In this document: positions 12,401 through 25,644 of the stretch, piece after piece | How the letters are laid out: every line of letters begins with the position of its first letter | How positions within the stretch are numbered: the stretch's first letter is position 1 | Assembly: GCA_964016885.1 (NCBI GenBank) | Contig: OZ024745.1 | Coordinates: 8,308,001 to 8,372,000 of the forward strand | Direction: 5' to 3' | Source of the DNA: Eledone cirrhosa | Lineage: Eukaryota | DNA: 64,000 nt | Position numbers and translations under genes: made by a program | Notes under the pieces: generated by a model | Databases searched by the model: none | What the model saw: only the letters and a program-made list of their open reading frames with translations | What the model was told of the DNA's origin: nothing

Positions 12401-15100
12401 ACAGTAATATCTACCATATAGGTGGTGCCAGGTGTACAATAACATGTGGAGGAGGTGTGTCAAGAGTTTCTGACAGTAATATCTACCATATAGGTGGTGC
12501 CAGGTGTACAATAACATGTGGAGGAGGTGTGTCAAGAGTTTCTGACAGTAATATCTACCATATAGGTGGTGCCAGATGTACAATAACATGTGAATGGGAT
12601 GTGTCAAGAGTTTCTGACAGTAATGTCTACCATATAGGTGGTGTCAGGTGTACAAAAACATGTGGAGGGGATATGTCAAGAATTTCTGACAGTAATATCT
12701 CCCATATAGGTGGTGCCAGATGTACAATAACATGTGGATGGGATGTGTCAAGAGATTCTGACAGTAATGTCTACCATATAGGTGGTGCCAGATGTACAAT
12801 AACATGTGGATGGGATATGTCAAGAGTTTCTGACAGTAATGTCTACCATATAGGTGGTGCCAGGTGTACAATAACATGTGGAGGGGATATGTCAAGATGT
12901 TCTGACAGTAATGTCTACCATATAGGTGGTGCCAGATGTACAATAACATGTGGATGGGATGTGTGAAGAGTTTCTGACAGTAATATCTACCATATAGGTG
13001 GTGCCAGGTGTACAATAACATGTGGAGGTGTGTCAAGAGTTTCTGACAGTAATATCTACCATATAGGTGGTGCCAGGTGTACAATAACATGAGGAGGGGA
13101 TATGTCAAGAGTTTCAGACAGTAATGTCTACCATATAGGTGGTGCCAGGTGTACAATAACATGGGGAGGGGATATGTCAAGAGTTTCTGACAGTAATGTC
13201 TACCATATAGGTGGTGCCAGATGTACAATAACATGTGGATGGGATGTGTCAAGAGTTTCTGACAGTAATGTCTACCATATAGGTGGTGCCAGATGTACAA
13301 TAACATGTGGATGGGATGTGTCAAGAGTTTCTGACAGTAATATCTACCATATAGGTGGTGCCAGGTGTACAATAACATGTGGAGGTGTGTCAAGATTTTC
13401 TGACAGTAATGTCTACCATATAGGTGGTGCCAGGTGTACAATAACATGTGGATGGGATGTGTCAAGAGTTTCTGACAGTAATATCTACCATATAGGTGGT
13501 GCCAGATGTACAATAACATGTGGAGGACGTGTGTCAAGAGTTTCTGACAGTAATGTCTACCATATAGGTGGTGCCAGATGTACAATAACATGTGGAGGAG
13601 GTGTGTCAAGAGTTTCTGACAGTAATATCTACGATATAGGTGGTGCCAGATGTACAATAACATGTGGAGAAGGTGTGTCAAGAGTTTCTGACAGTAATGT
13701 CTACCATATAGGTGGTGCCAGATGTACAATAACATGTGGAGGAGGTGTGTCAAGAGTTTCTGACGGTAATGTCTACCATATAGGTGGTGCCAGATGTACA
13801 ATAACATGTGGAGGAGGTGTGTCAAGAGTTTCTGACAGTAATATCTACCATATAGGTGGTGCCAGGTGTACAATAACATGTGGAGGAGGTGTGTCAAGAG
13901 TTTCTGACAGTAATATCTACCATATAGGTGGTGCCAGGTGTACAATAACATGTGGAGGAGGTGTGTCAAGAGTTTCTGACAGTAATATCTACCATATAGG
14001 TGGTGCCAGGTGTACAATAACATGTGGAGGAGGTGTGTCAAGAGTTTCTGACAGTAATATCTACCATATAGGTGGTGCCAGGTGTACAATAACATGTGGA
14101 GGAGGTGTGTCAAGAGTTTCTGACAGTAATATCTACCATATAGGTGGTGCCAGGTGTACAATAACATGTGGAGGTGTGTCAAGAGTTTCTGACAGTAATG
14201 TCTACCATATAGGTGGTGCCAGGTGTACAATAACATGTGGAGGTGTGTCAAGAGTTTCTGACAGTAATGTCTACCATATAGGTGGTGCCAGGTGTACAAT
14301 ACCATGTGGAGGGGATATGTCAAGAGTTTCTGACAGTAATGTCTACCATATAGGTGGTGCCAGGTGTACAATAACATGTGGAGGGGATATGTCAAGAGTT
14401 TCTGACAGTAATATCTACCATATAGGTGGTGCCAGATGTACAATAACATGTGGAGGTGTGTCAAGAGTTTCTGACAGTAATGTCTACCATATAGGTGGTG
14501 CCAGATGTACAATAACATGTGGATGGGATGTGTCAAGAGTTTCTGACAGTAATATCTACCATATAGGTGGTGCCAGGTGTACAATAACATGTGGAGGTGT
14601 GTCAAGAGTTTCTGACAGTAATGTCTACCATATAGGTGGTGACAGGTGTACAATAACATGTGGAGGGGATATGTCAAGAGTTTCTGACAGTAATGTCTAC
14701 CATATAGGTGGTGCCAGATGTACAATAACATGTGAATGGGATGTGTCAAGAGTTTCTGACAGTAATATCTACCATATAGGTGGTGCCAGATGTACAATAA
14801 CATGTGGATGGGATATGTCAAGAGTTTCTGACAGTAATCTCTACCATATAGGTGGTGTCAGGTGTACAAAAACATGTGGAGGGGATATGTCAAGAGTTTC
14901 TGACAGTAATATCTACCATATAGGTGGTGCCAGATGTACAATAACATGTGGAGGAGGTGTGTCAAGAGTTTCTGACAGTAATGTCTACCATATAGGTGGT
15001 GCCAGATGTACAATAACATGTGGAGGAGGTGTGTCAAGAGTTTCTGACAGTAATGTCTACCATATAGGTGGTGCCAGATGTACAATAACATGTGGAGGAG
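9230..15100 (+). repeat. ~3.5-kb internal duplication within domain A
   Basis: Rare variants repeat at offset 3506: AGATGTTCTG ~9389/12895, the GTGTGAAG stop 9460/12966, TACGATA ~10124/13630 and GACGGT ~10256/13762. Further along the offset becomes 3578, one extra monomer (ATACCATG 10721/14299; ORF ends 11280/14858). Confidence 0.8.
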
Positions 15101-18100
15101 GTGTGTCAAGAGTTTCTGACAGTAATGTCTACCATATAGGTGGTGCCAGATGTACAATAACATGTGGATGGGATATGTCAAGAGTTTCTGACAGTAATGT
15201 CTACCATATAGGTGGTGCCAGGTGTACAAAAACATGTGGAGGGGATCTGTCAAGAGTTTCTGACAGTAATGTCTACCATATAGGTGGTGCCAGATGTAAA
15301 ATAACATGTGGATGGGATGTGTCAAGAGTTTCTGACAGTAATATCTACTATATAGGTGGTGCCAGGTGTACAATAACATGTGGGGGGGATATGTCAAGAG
15401 TTTCTGACAGTAACGTCTACCATATAGGTGGTGCCAGGTGTACAATAACATGTGGAGGGGATATGTCAAGAGTTTCTGACAGTAATGTCTACCATATAGG
15501 TGGTGCCAGATGTACAATAACATGTGGATGGGATGTGTCAAGAGTTTCTGACAGTAATGTCTACCATACAGGTGGTGCCAGGTGTACAATAACATGTGGA
15601 TGGGATGTGTCAAGAGTTTCTGACAGTAATATCTACCATATAGGTGGTGCCAGATGTACAATAACATGTGGAGGAGGTGTGTCAAGTGTTTCTGACAGTA
15701 ATGTCTACCATATAGGTGGTGCCAGATGTACAATAACATGTGGAGGAGGTGTGTCAAGAGTTTCTGACAGTAATATCTACCATATAGGTGGTGCCAGATG
15801 TACAATAACATGTGGAGGAGGTGTGTCAAGAGTTTCTGACAGTAATGTCTACCATATAGGTGGTGCCAGATGTACAATAACATGTGGAGGAGGTGTGTCA
15901 AGAGTTTCTGACAGTAATATCTACCATATAGGTGGTGCCAGGTGTACAATAACATGTGGAGGAGGTGTGTCAAGAGTTTCTGACAGTAATATCTACCATA
16001 TAGGTGGTGCCAGGTGTACAATAACATGTGGAGGAGGTGTGTCAAGAGTTTCTGACAGTAATATCTACCATATAGGTGGTGCCAGGTGTACAATAACATG
16101 TGGAGGAGGTGTGTCAAGAGTTTCTGACAGTAATATCTACCATATACGTGGTGCCAGGTGTACAATAACATGTGGAGGTGTGTCAAGATTTTCTGACAGT
16201 AATGTCTACCATATAGGTGGTGCCAGGTGTACAATAACATGTGGAGGTGTGTCAAGAGTTTCTGACAGTAATGTCTACCATATAGGTGGTGCCAGGTGTA
16301 CAATAACATGTGGAGGGGATATGTCAAGAGTTTCTGACAGTAATGTCTACCATATAGGTGGTGCCAGGTGTACAATAACATGTGGAGGGGATATGTCAAG
16401 AGTTTCTGACAGTAATATCTACCATATAGGTGGTGCCAGATGTACAATAACATGTGGAGGTGTGTCAAGAGTTTCTGACAGTAATGTCTACCATATAGGT
16501 GGTGCCAGATGTACAATAGCATGTGGATGGGATGTCTCAAGAGTTTCTGACAGTAATGTCTACCATATAGGTGGTGCCAGATGTACAATAACATGTGGAT
16601 GGGATATGTCAAGAGTTTCTGACAGCAATGTCTACCATATAGGTGGTGCCAGGTGTACAATAACATGTGGAGGGGATATGTCAAGAGTTTCTGACAGTAA
16701 TGTCTACCATATAGGTGGTGCCAGATGTACAATAACATGTGGATGGGATATGTCAAGGGTTTATGACAGTAATGTCTACCATATAGGTGGTGCCAGGTGT
16801 ACAATAACATGTGGAGGGGATATGTCAAGAGTTTCTGACAGTAATATCTACCATATAGGTGGTGCCAGATGTACAATAACATGTGGATGGGATGTGTCAA
16901 GAGTTTCTGACAGTAATGTCTACCATATAGGTGGTGCCAGATGTACAATAACATGTGGAGGGGATATGTCAAGAGTTTCTGACAGTAATGTCTACCATAT
17001 AGATGGTGCCAGATGTACAATAACATGTGGATGGGATGTGTCAAGAGTTTCTGACAGTAATATCTACCATATAGGTGGTGCCAGGTGTACAATAACATGT
17101 GGAGGTGTGTCAAGAGTTTCTGACAGTAATGTCTACCATATAGGTGGTGCCAGGTGTACAATAACATGTGGATGGGATGTGTCAAGAGTTTCTGACAGTA
17201 ATATCTACCATATAGGTGGTGCCAGGTGTACAATAACATGTGGATGGGATGTGTCAAGAGTTTCTGACAGTAATATCTACCATATAGGTGGTGCCAGGTG
17301 TACAATAACATGTGGAGGGGATATGTCAAGAGTTTCTGACAGTAATATCTACCATATAGGTGGTGCCAGGTGTACAATAACATATGGATGGGATGTGTCA
17401 AGAGTTTCTGACAATAATATCTACCATATAGGTGGTGCCAGATGTACAATAACATGTGGAGGAGGTGTGTCAAGAGTTTCTGACAGTAATGTCTACCATA
17501 TAGGTGGTGCCAGATGTACAATAACATGTGGAGGAGGTGTGTCAAGAGTTTCTGGCAGTAATGTCTACCATATAGGTGGGGCCAGATGTACAATAACATG
17601 TGGAGGGGATGTGTCAAGAGTTTCTGACAGTAATGTCTACCATATAGGTGGTGCCAGATGTACAATAACATGTGGAGGAGGTGTGTCAAGAGTTTCTGAC
17701 AGTAATGTCTACCATATATGTGGTGCCAGATGTACAATAACATGTGGAGGAGGTGTGTCAAGAGTTTCTGACAGTAATGTCTACCATATAGGTGGTGCCA
17801 GATGTACAATAACATGTGGATGGGATGTGTCAAGAGATTCTGACAGTAATGTCTACCATATAGGTGGTGCCAGATGTAAAATAACATGTGGATGGGATAT
17901 GTCAAGAGTTTCTGACAGTAATGTCTACCATATAGGTGGTGCCAGGTGTACGATAACATGTGGAGGGGATATGTCAAGAGTTTCTGACAGTAATGTCTAC
18001 CATATAGGTGGTGCCAGATGTACAATAACATGTGGATGGGATGTGTCAAGAGTATCTGACAGTAATATCTACCATATAGGTGGTGCCAGGTGTACAATAA

Positions 18101-21100
18101 CATGTGGAGGTGTGTCAAGAGTTTCTGACAGTAATATCTACCATATAGGTGGTGCCAGGTGTACAATAACATGTGGAGGTGTGTCAAGAGTTTCTGACAG
18201 TAATATCTACCATATAGGTGGTGCCAGGTGTACAATAACATGAGGAGGGGATATGTCAAGAGTTTCTGACAGTAATGTCTACCATATAGGTGATGCCAGG
18301 TGTACAATAACATGTGGAGGGGATATGTCAAGAGTTTCTGACAGTAATGTCTACCATATAGGTGGTGCCAGATGTACAATAACATGTGGATGGGATGTGT
18401 CAAGAGTTTCCGACAGTAATGTCTACCATATAGGTGGTGCCAGATGTACAATAACATGTGGATGGGATGTGTCAAGAGTTTCTGACAGTAATATCTACCA
18501 TATAGGTGGTGCCAGGTGTACAATAACATGTGGAGGTGTGTCAAGAGTTTCTGACAGTAATGTCTACCATATAGGTGGTGCCAGGTGTACAATAACATGT
18601 GGAGGTGTGTCAAGAGTTTCTGACAGTAATGTCTACCATATAGGTGGTGCCAGGTGTACAATAACATGTGGATGGGATGTGTCAAGAGTTTCTGACAGTA
18701 ATATCTACCATATAGGTGGTGCCAGGTGTACAATAACATGTGGAGGTGTGTCAAGAGTTTCTGACAGTAATGTCTACCATATAGGTGGTGCCAGGTGTAC
18801 AATAACATGTGGAGGTGTGTCAAGAGTTTCTGACAGTAATATCTACCATATAGGTGGTGCCAGGTGTACAATAACATGTGGAGGTGTGTCAAGAGTTTCT
18901 GACAGTAATATCTACCATATAGGTGGTGCCAGGTGTACAATAACATGAGGAGGGGATATGTCAAGAGTTTCTGACAGTAATGTCTACCATATAGGTGGTG
19001 CCAGATGTACAATAACATGTGGATGGGATGTGTCAAGAGTTTCTGACAGTAATGTCTACCATATAGGTGGTGCCAGATGTACAATAACATGTGGATGGGA
19101 TGTGTCAAGAGTTTCTGACAGTAATATCTACCATATAGGTGGTACCAGGTGTACAATAACATGTGGAGGTGTGTCAAGAGTTTCTGACAGTAATGTCTAC
19201 CATATAGGTGGTGCCAGGTGTACAATAACATGTGTAGGTGTGTCAAGAGTTTCTGACAGTAATGTCTACCATATAGGTGGTGCCAGGTGTACAATAACAT
19301 GTGGATGGGATGTGTCAAGAGTTTCTGACAGTAATATCTACCATATAGGTGGTGCCAGGTGTACAATAACATGTGGAGGTGTGTCAAGAGTTTCTGACAG
19401 TAATGTCTACCATATAGGTGGTGCCAGGTGTACAATAACATGTGGATGGGATGTGTCAAGAGTTTCTGACAGTAATATCTGCCATATAGGTGGTGCCAGA
19501 TGTACAATAACATGTGGAGGAGGTGTGTCAAGAGTTTCTGACAGTAATGTCTACCATATAGGTGGTGCCAGATGTACAATAACATGTGGAGGAGGTGTGT
19601 CAAGAGTTTCTGACAGTAATGTCTACCATATAGGTGGTGCCAGATGTACAATAACATGTGGAGGGGATGTGTCAAGAGTTTCTGACAGTAATGTCTACCA
19701 TATAGGTGGTGCCAGATGTACAATAACATGTGGAGGAGGTGTGTCAAGAGTTTCTGACAGTAATGTCTACCATATATGTGGTGCCAGATGTACAATAACA
19801 TGTGGAGGAGGTGTGTCAAGAGTTTCTGACAGTAATGTCTACCATATAGGTGGTGCCAGATGTACAATAACATGTGGATGGGATGTGTCAAGAGATTCTG
19901 ACAGTAATGTCTACCATATAGGTGGTGCCAGATGTACAATAACATGTGGATGGGATATGTCAAGAGTTTCTGACAGTAATGTCTACCACATAGGTGGTGC
20001 CAGGTGTACGATAACATGTGGAGGGGATATGTCAAGAGTTTCTGACAGTAATGTCTACCATATAGGTGGTGCCAGATGTACAATAACATGTGGATGGGAT
20101 GTGTCAAGAGTATCTGACAGTAATATCTACCATATAGGTGGTGCCAGGTGTACAATAACATGTGGAGGTGTGTCAAGAGTTTCTGACAGTAATATCTACC
20201 ATATAGGTGGTGCCATGTGTACAATAACATGTGGAGGTGTGTCAAGAGTTTCTGACAGTAATATCTACCATATAGGTGGTGCCAGGTGTACAATAACATG
20301 AGGAGGGGATATGTCAAGAGTTTCTGACAGTAATGTCTACCATATAGGTGATGCCAGGTGTACAATAACATGTGGAGGGGATATGTCAAGAGTTTCTGAC
20401 AGTAATGTCTACCATATAGGTGGTGCCAGGTGTACAATAACATGTGGAGGTGTGTCAAGAGTTTCTGACAGTAATGTCTACCATATAGGTGGTGCCAGGT
20501 GTACAATAACATGTGGATGGGATGTGTCAAGAGTTTCTGACAGTAATATCTACCATATAGGTGGTGCCAGGTGTACAATAACATGTGGAGGTGTGTCAAG
20601 AGTTTCTGACAGTAATGTCTACCATATAGGTGGTGCCAGGTGTACAATAACATGTGGATGGGATGTGTCAAGAGTTTCTGACAGTAATATCTACCATATA
20701 GGTGGTGCCAGGTGTACAATAACATGTGGAGGTGTGTCAAGAGTTTCTGACAGTAATGTCTACCATATAGGTGGTGCCAGGTGTACAATAACATGTGGAT
20801 GGGATGTGTCAAGAGTTTCTGACAGTAATATCTACCATATAGGTGGTGCCAGGTGTACAATAACATGTGGAGGTGTGTCAAGAGTTTCTGACAGTAATGT
20901 CTACCATATAGGTGGTGCCAGGTGTACAATAACATGTGGATGGGATGTGTCAAGAGTTTCTGACAGTAATATCTACCATATAGGTGGTGCCAGATGTACA
21001 ATAACATGTGGAGGAGGTGTGTCAAGAGTTTCTGACAGTAATGTCTACCATATAGGTGGTGACAGATGTACAATAACATGTGGAGGAGGTGTGTCAAGAG

Positions 21101-24100
21101 TTTCTGACAGTAATGTCTACCATATAGGTGGTGCCAGATGTACAATAACATGTGGATGGGATGTGTCAAGAGATTCTGACAGTAATGTCTACCATATAGG
21201 TGGTGCCAGATGTACAATAACATGTGGATGGGATATGTCAAGAGTTTCTGACAGTAATGTCTACCATATAGGTGGTGCCAGGTGTACGATAACATGTGGA
21301 GGGGATATGTCAAGAGTTTCTGACAGTAATGTCTACCATATAGGTGGTGCCAGATATACAATAACATGTGGATGGGGTGTGTCAAGAGTATCTGACAGTA
21401 ATATCTACCATATAGGTGGTGCCAGGTGTACAATAACATGTGGAGGTGTGTCAAGAGTTTCTGACAGTAATATCTACCATATAGGTGGTGCCAGGTGTAC
21501 AATAACATGTGGAGGTGTGTCAAGAGTTTCTGACAGTAATATCTACCATATAGGTGGTGCCAGGTGTACAATAACATGAGGAGGGGATATGTCAAGAGTT
21601 TCTGACAGTAATGTCTACCATATAGGTGGTGCCAGATGTACAATAACATGTGGATGGGATGTGTCAAGAGTTTCTGACAGTAATGTCTACCATATAGGTG
21701 GTGCCAGATGTACAATAACATGTGGATGGGATGTGTCAAGAGTTTCTGACAGTAATATCTACCATATAGGTGGTGCCAGGTGTACAATAACATGTGGAGG
21801 TGTGTCAAGAGTTTCTGACAGTAATGTCTACCATATAGGTGGTGCCAGGTGTACAATAACATGTGGAGGTGTGTAAAGAGTTTCTGACAGTAATGTCTAC
21901 CATATAGGTGGTGCCAGGTGTACAATAACATGTGGATGGGATGTGTCAAGAGTTTCTGACAGTAATATCTACCATATAGGTGGTGCCAGGTGTACAATAA
22001 CATGTGGAGGTGTGTCAAGAGTTTCTGACAGTAATGTCTACCATATAGGTGGTGCCAGGTGTACAATAACATGTGGATGGGATGTGTCAAGAGTTTCTGA
22101 CAGTAATATCTACCATATAGGTGGTGCCAGATGTACAATAACATGTGGAGGAGGTGTGTCAAGAGTTTCTGACAGTAATGTCTACCATATAGGTGGTGCC
22201 AGATGTACAATAACATGTGGAGGAGGTGTGTCAAGAGTTTCTGACAGTAATGTCTACCATATAGGTGGTGCCAGATGTACAATAACATGTGGAGGGGATG
22301 TGTCAAGAGTTTCTGACAGTAATGTCTACCATATAGGTGGTGCTAGATGTACAATAACATGTGGAGGAGGTGTGTCAAGAGTTTTTGACAGTAATGTCTA
22401 CCATATATGTGGTGCCAGATGTACAATAACATGTGGAGGAGGTGTGTCAAGAGTTTCTGACAGTAATGTCTACCATATAGGTGGTGCCAGATGTACAATA
22501 ACATGTGGATGGGATGTGTCAAGAGATTCTGACAGTAATGTCTACCGTATAGGTGGTGCCAGATGTACAATAACATGTGGATGGGATATGTCAAGAGTTT
22601 CTGACAGTAATGTCTACCATATAGGTGGTGCCAGGTGTACGATAACATGTGGAGGGGATATGTCAAGAGTTTCTGACAGTAATGTCTACCATATAGGTGG
22701 TGCCAGATGTACAATAACATGTGGATGGGATGTGTCAAGAGTTTCTGACAGTAATATCTACCATATAGGTGGTGCCAGGTGTACAATAACATGTGGAGGT
22801 GTGTCAAGAGTTTCTGACAGTAATATCTACCATATAGGTGGTGCCAGGTGTACAATAACATGTGGAGGTGTGTCAAGAGTTTCTGACAGTAATATCTACC
22901 ATATAGGTGGTGCCAGGTGTACAATAACATGAGGAGGGGATATGTCAAGAGTTTCTGACAGTAATGTCTACCATATAGGTGATGCCAGGTGTACAATAAC
23001 ATGTGGAGGGGATATGTCAAGAGTTTCTGACAGTAATGTCTACCATATAGGTGGTGCCAGATGTACAATAACATGTGGATGGGATGTGTCAAGAGTTTCC
23101 GACAGTAATGTCTACCATATAGGTGGTGCCAGATGTACATAACATGTGGATGGGATGTGTCAAGAGTTTCTGACAGTAATATCTACCATATAGGTGGTGC
23201 CAGGTGTACAATAACATGTGGAGGTGTGTCAAGAGTTTCTGACAGTAATGTCTACCATATAGGTGGTGCCAGGTGTACAATAACATGTGGAGGTGTGTCA
23301 AGAGTTTCTGACAGTAATGTCTACCATATAGGTGGTGCCAGGTGTACAATAACATGTGGATGGGATGTGTCAAGAGTTTCTGACAGTAATATCTACCATA
23401 TAGGTGGTGCCAGATGTACAATAACATGTGGAGGAGGTGTGTCAAGAGTTTCTGACAGTAATGTCTACCATATAGGTGGTGCCAGATGTACAATAACATG
23501 TGGAGGAGGTGTGTCAAGTGTTTCTGACAGTAATGTCTACCATATAGGTGGTGCCAGATGTACAATAACATGTGGAGGGGATGTGTCAAGAGTTTCTGAC
23601 AGTAATGTCTACCATATAGGTGGTGCCAGATGTACAATAACATGTGGAGGAGGTGTGTCAAGAGTTTCTGACAGTAATGTCTACCATATATGTGGTGCCA
23701 GATGTACAATAACATGTGGAGGAGGTGTGTCAAGAGTTTCTGACAGTAATGTCTACCATATAGGTGGTGCCAGATGTACAATAACATGTGGATGGGATAT
23801 GTCAAGAGTTTCTGACAGTAATGTCTACCATATAGGTGGTGCCAGGTGTACGATAACATGTGGAGGGGATATGTCAAGAGTTTCTGACAGTAATGTCTAC
23901 CATATAGGTGGTGCCAGATGTACAATAACATGTGGATGGGATGTGTCAAGAGTTTCTGACAGTAATATCTACCATATAGGTGGTGCCAGGTGTACAATAA
24001 CATGTGGAGGTGTGTCAAGAGTTTCTGACAGTAATATCTACCATATAGGTGGTGCCAGGTGTACAATAACATATGGATGGGATGTGTCAAGAGTTTCTGA

Positions 24101-25644
24101 CAGTAATATCTACCATATAGGTGGTGCCAGATGTACAATAACATGTGGAGGAGGTGTGTCAAGAGTTTCTGACAGTAATGTCTACCATATAGGTGGTGCC
24201 AGATGTACAATAACATGTGGAGGAGGTGTGTCAAGAGTTTCTGACAGTAATGTCTACCATATAGGTGGGGCCAGATGTACAATAACATGTGGAGGGGATG
24301 TGTCAAGAGTTTCTGACAGTAATGTCTACCATATAGGTGGTGCCAGATGTACAATAACATGTGGAGGAGGTGTGTCAAGAGTTTCTGACAGTAATGTCTA
24401 CCATATATGTGGTGCCAGATGTACAATAACATGTGGAGGAGGTGTGTCAAGAGTTTCTGACAGTAATGTCTACCATATAGGTGGTGCCAGATGTACAATA
24501 ACATGTGGATGGGATGTGTCAAGAGATTCTGACAGTAATGTCTACCATATAGGTGGTGCCAGATGTAAAATAACATGTGGATGGGATATGTCAAGAGTTT
24601 CTGACAGTAATGTCTACCATATAGGTGGTGCCAGGTGTACGATAACATGTGGAGGGGATATGTCAAGAGTTTCTGACAGTAATGTCTACCATATAGGTGG
24701 TGCCAGATGTACAATAACATGTGGAGGAGGTGTGTCAAGAGTTTCTGACAGTAATGTCTACCATATAGGTGGGGCCAGATGTACAATAACATGTGGAGGG
24801 GATGTGTCAAGAGCTTCTGACAGTAATGTCTACCATATAGGTGGTGCCAGATGTACAATAACATGTGGAGGAGGTGTGTCAAGAGTTTCTGACAGTAATG
24901 TCTACCATATATGTGGTGCCAGATGTACAATAACATGTGGAGGAGGTGTGTCAAGAGTTTCTGACAGTAATGTCTACCATATAGGTGGTGCCAGATGTAC
25001 AATAACATGTGGATGGGATGTGTCAAGAGATTCTGACAGTAATGTCTACCATATAGGTGGTGCCAGATGTAAAATAACATGTGGATGGGATATGTCAAGA
25101 GTTTCTGACAGTAATGTCTACCATATAGGTGGTGCCAGGTGTACGATAACATGTGGAGGGGATATGTCAAGAGTTTCTGACAGTAATGTCTACCATATAG
25201 GTGGTGCCAGATGTACAATAACATGTGGATGGGATGTGTCAAGAGTATCTGACAGTAATATCTACCATATAGGTGGTGCCAGGTGTACAATAACATGTGG
25301 AGGTGTGTCAAGAGTTTCTGACAGTAATATCTACCATATAGGTGGTGCCAGGTGTACAATAACATGTGGAGGTGTGTCAAGAGTTTCTGACAGTAATATC
25401 TACCATATAGGTGGTGCCAGGTGTACAATAACATGAGGAGGGGATATGTCAAGAGTTTCTGACAGTAATGTCTACCATATAGGTGGTGCCAGATGTAAAA
25501 TAACATGTGGATGGGATATGTCAAGAGTTTCTGACAGTAATGTCTACCATATAGGTGGTGCCAGGTGTACGATAACATGTGGAGGGGATATGTCAAGAGT
25601 TTCTGACAGTAATGTCTACCATATAGGTGGTGCCAGATGTACAA

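Larger units (their letters stand above)
1..17400 (+). repeat. Array domain A (variant subfamily with its own marker SNPs)
   Basis: Markers confined or nearly confined to this part: GGTGTCAGG..ACAAAAAC (~2125, 2986, 5272, 7203, 11278, 12642, 14856; a variant at ~4339), ATACCATG (~1568, 3782, 6572, 10721, 14299), GTGAATGG (~2001, 4215, 11154, 12590, 14732), CATACAGG, TAACGTC and GGAGAAGG. The boundary is approximate. Confidence 0.75.
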
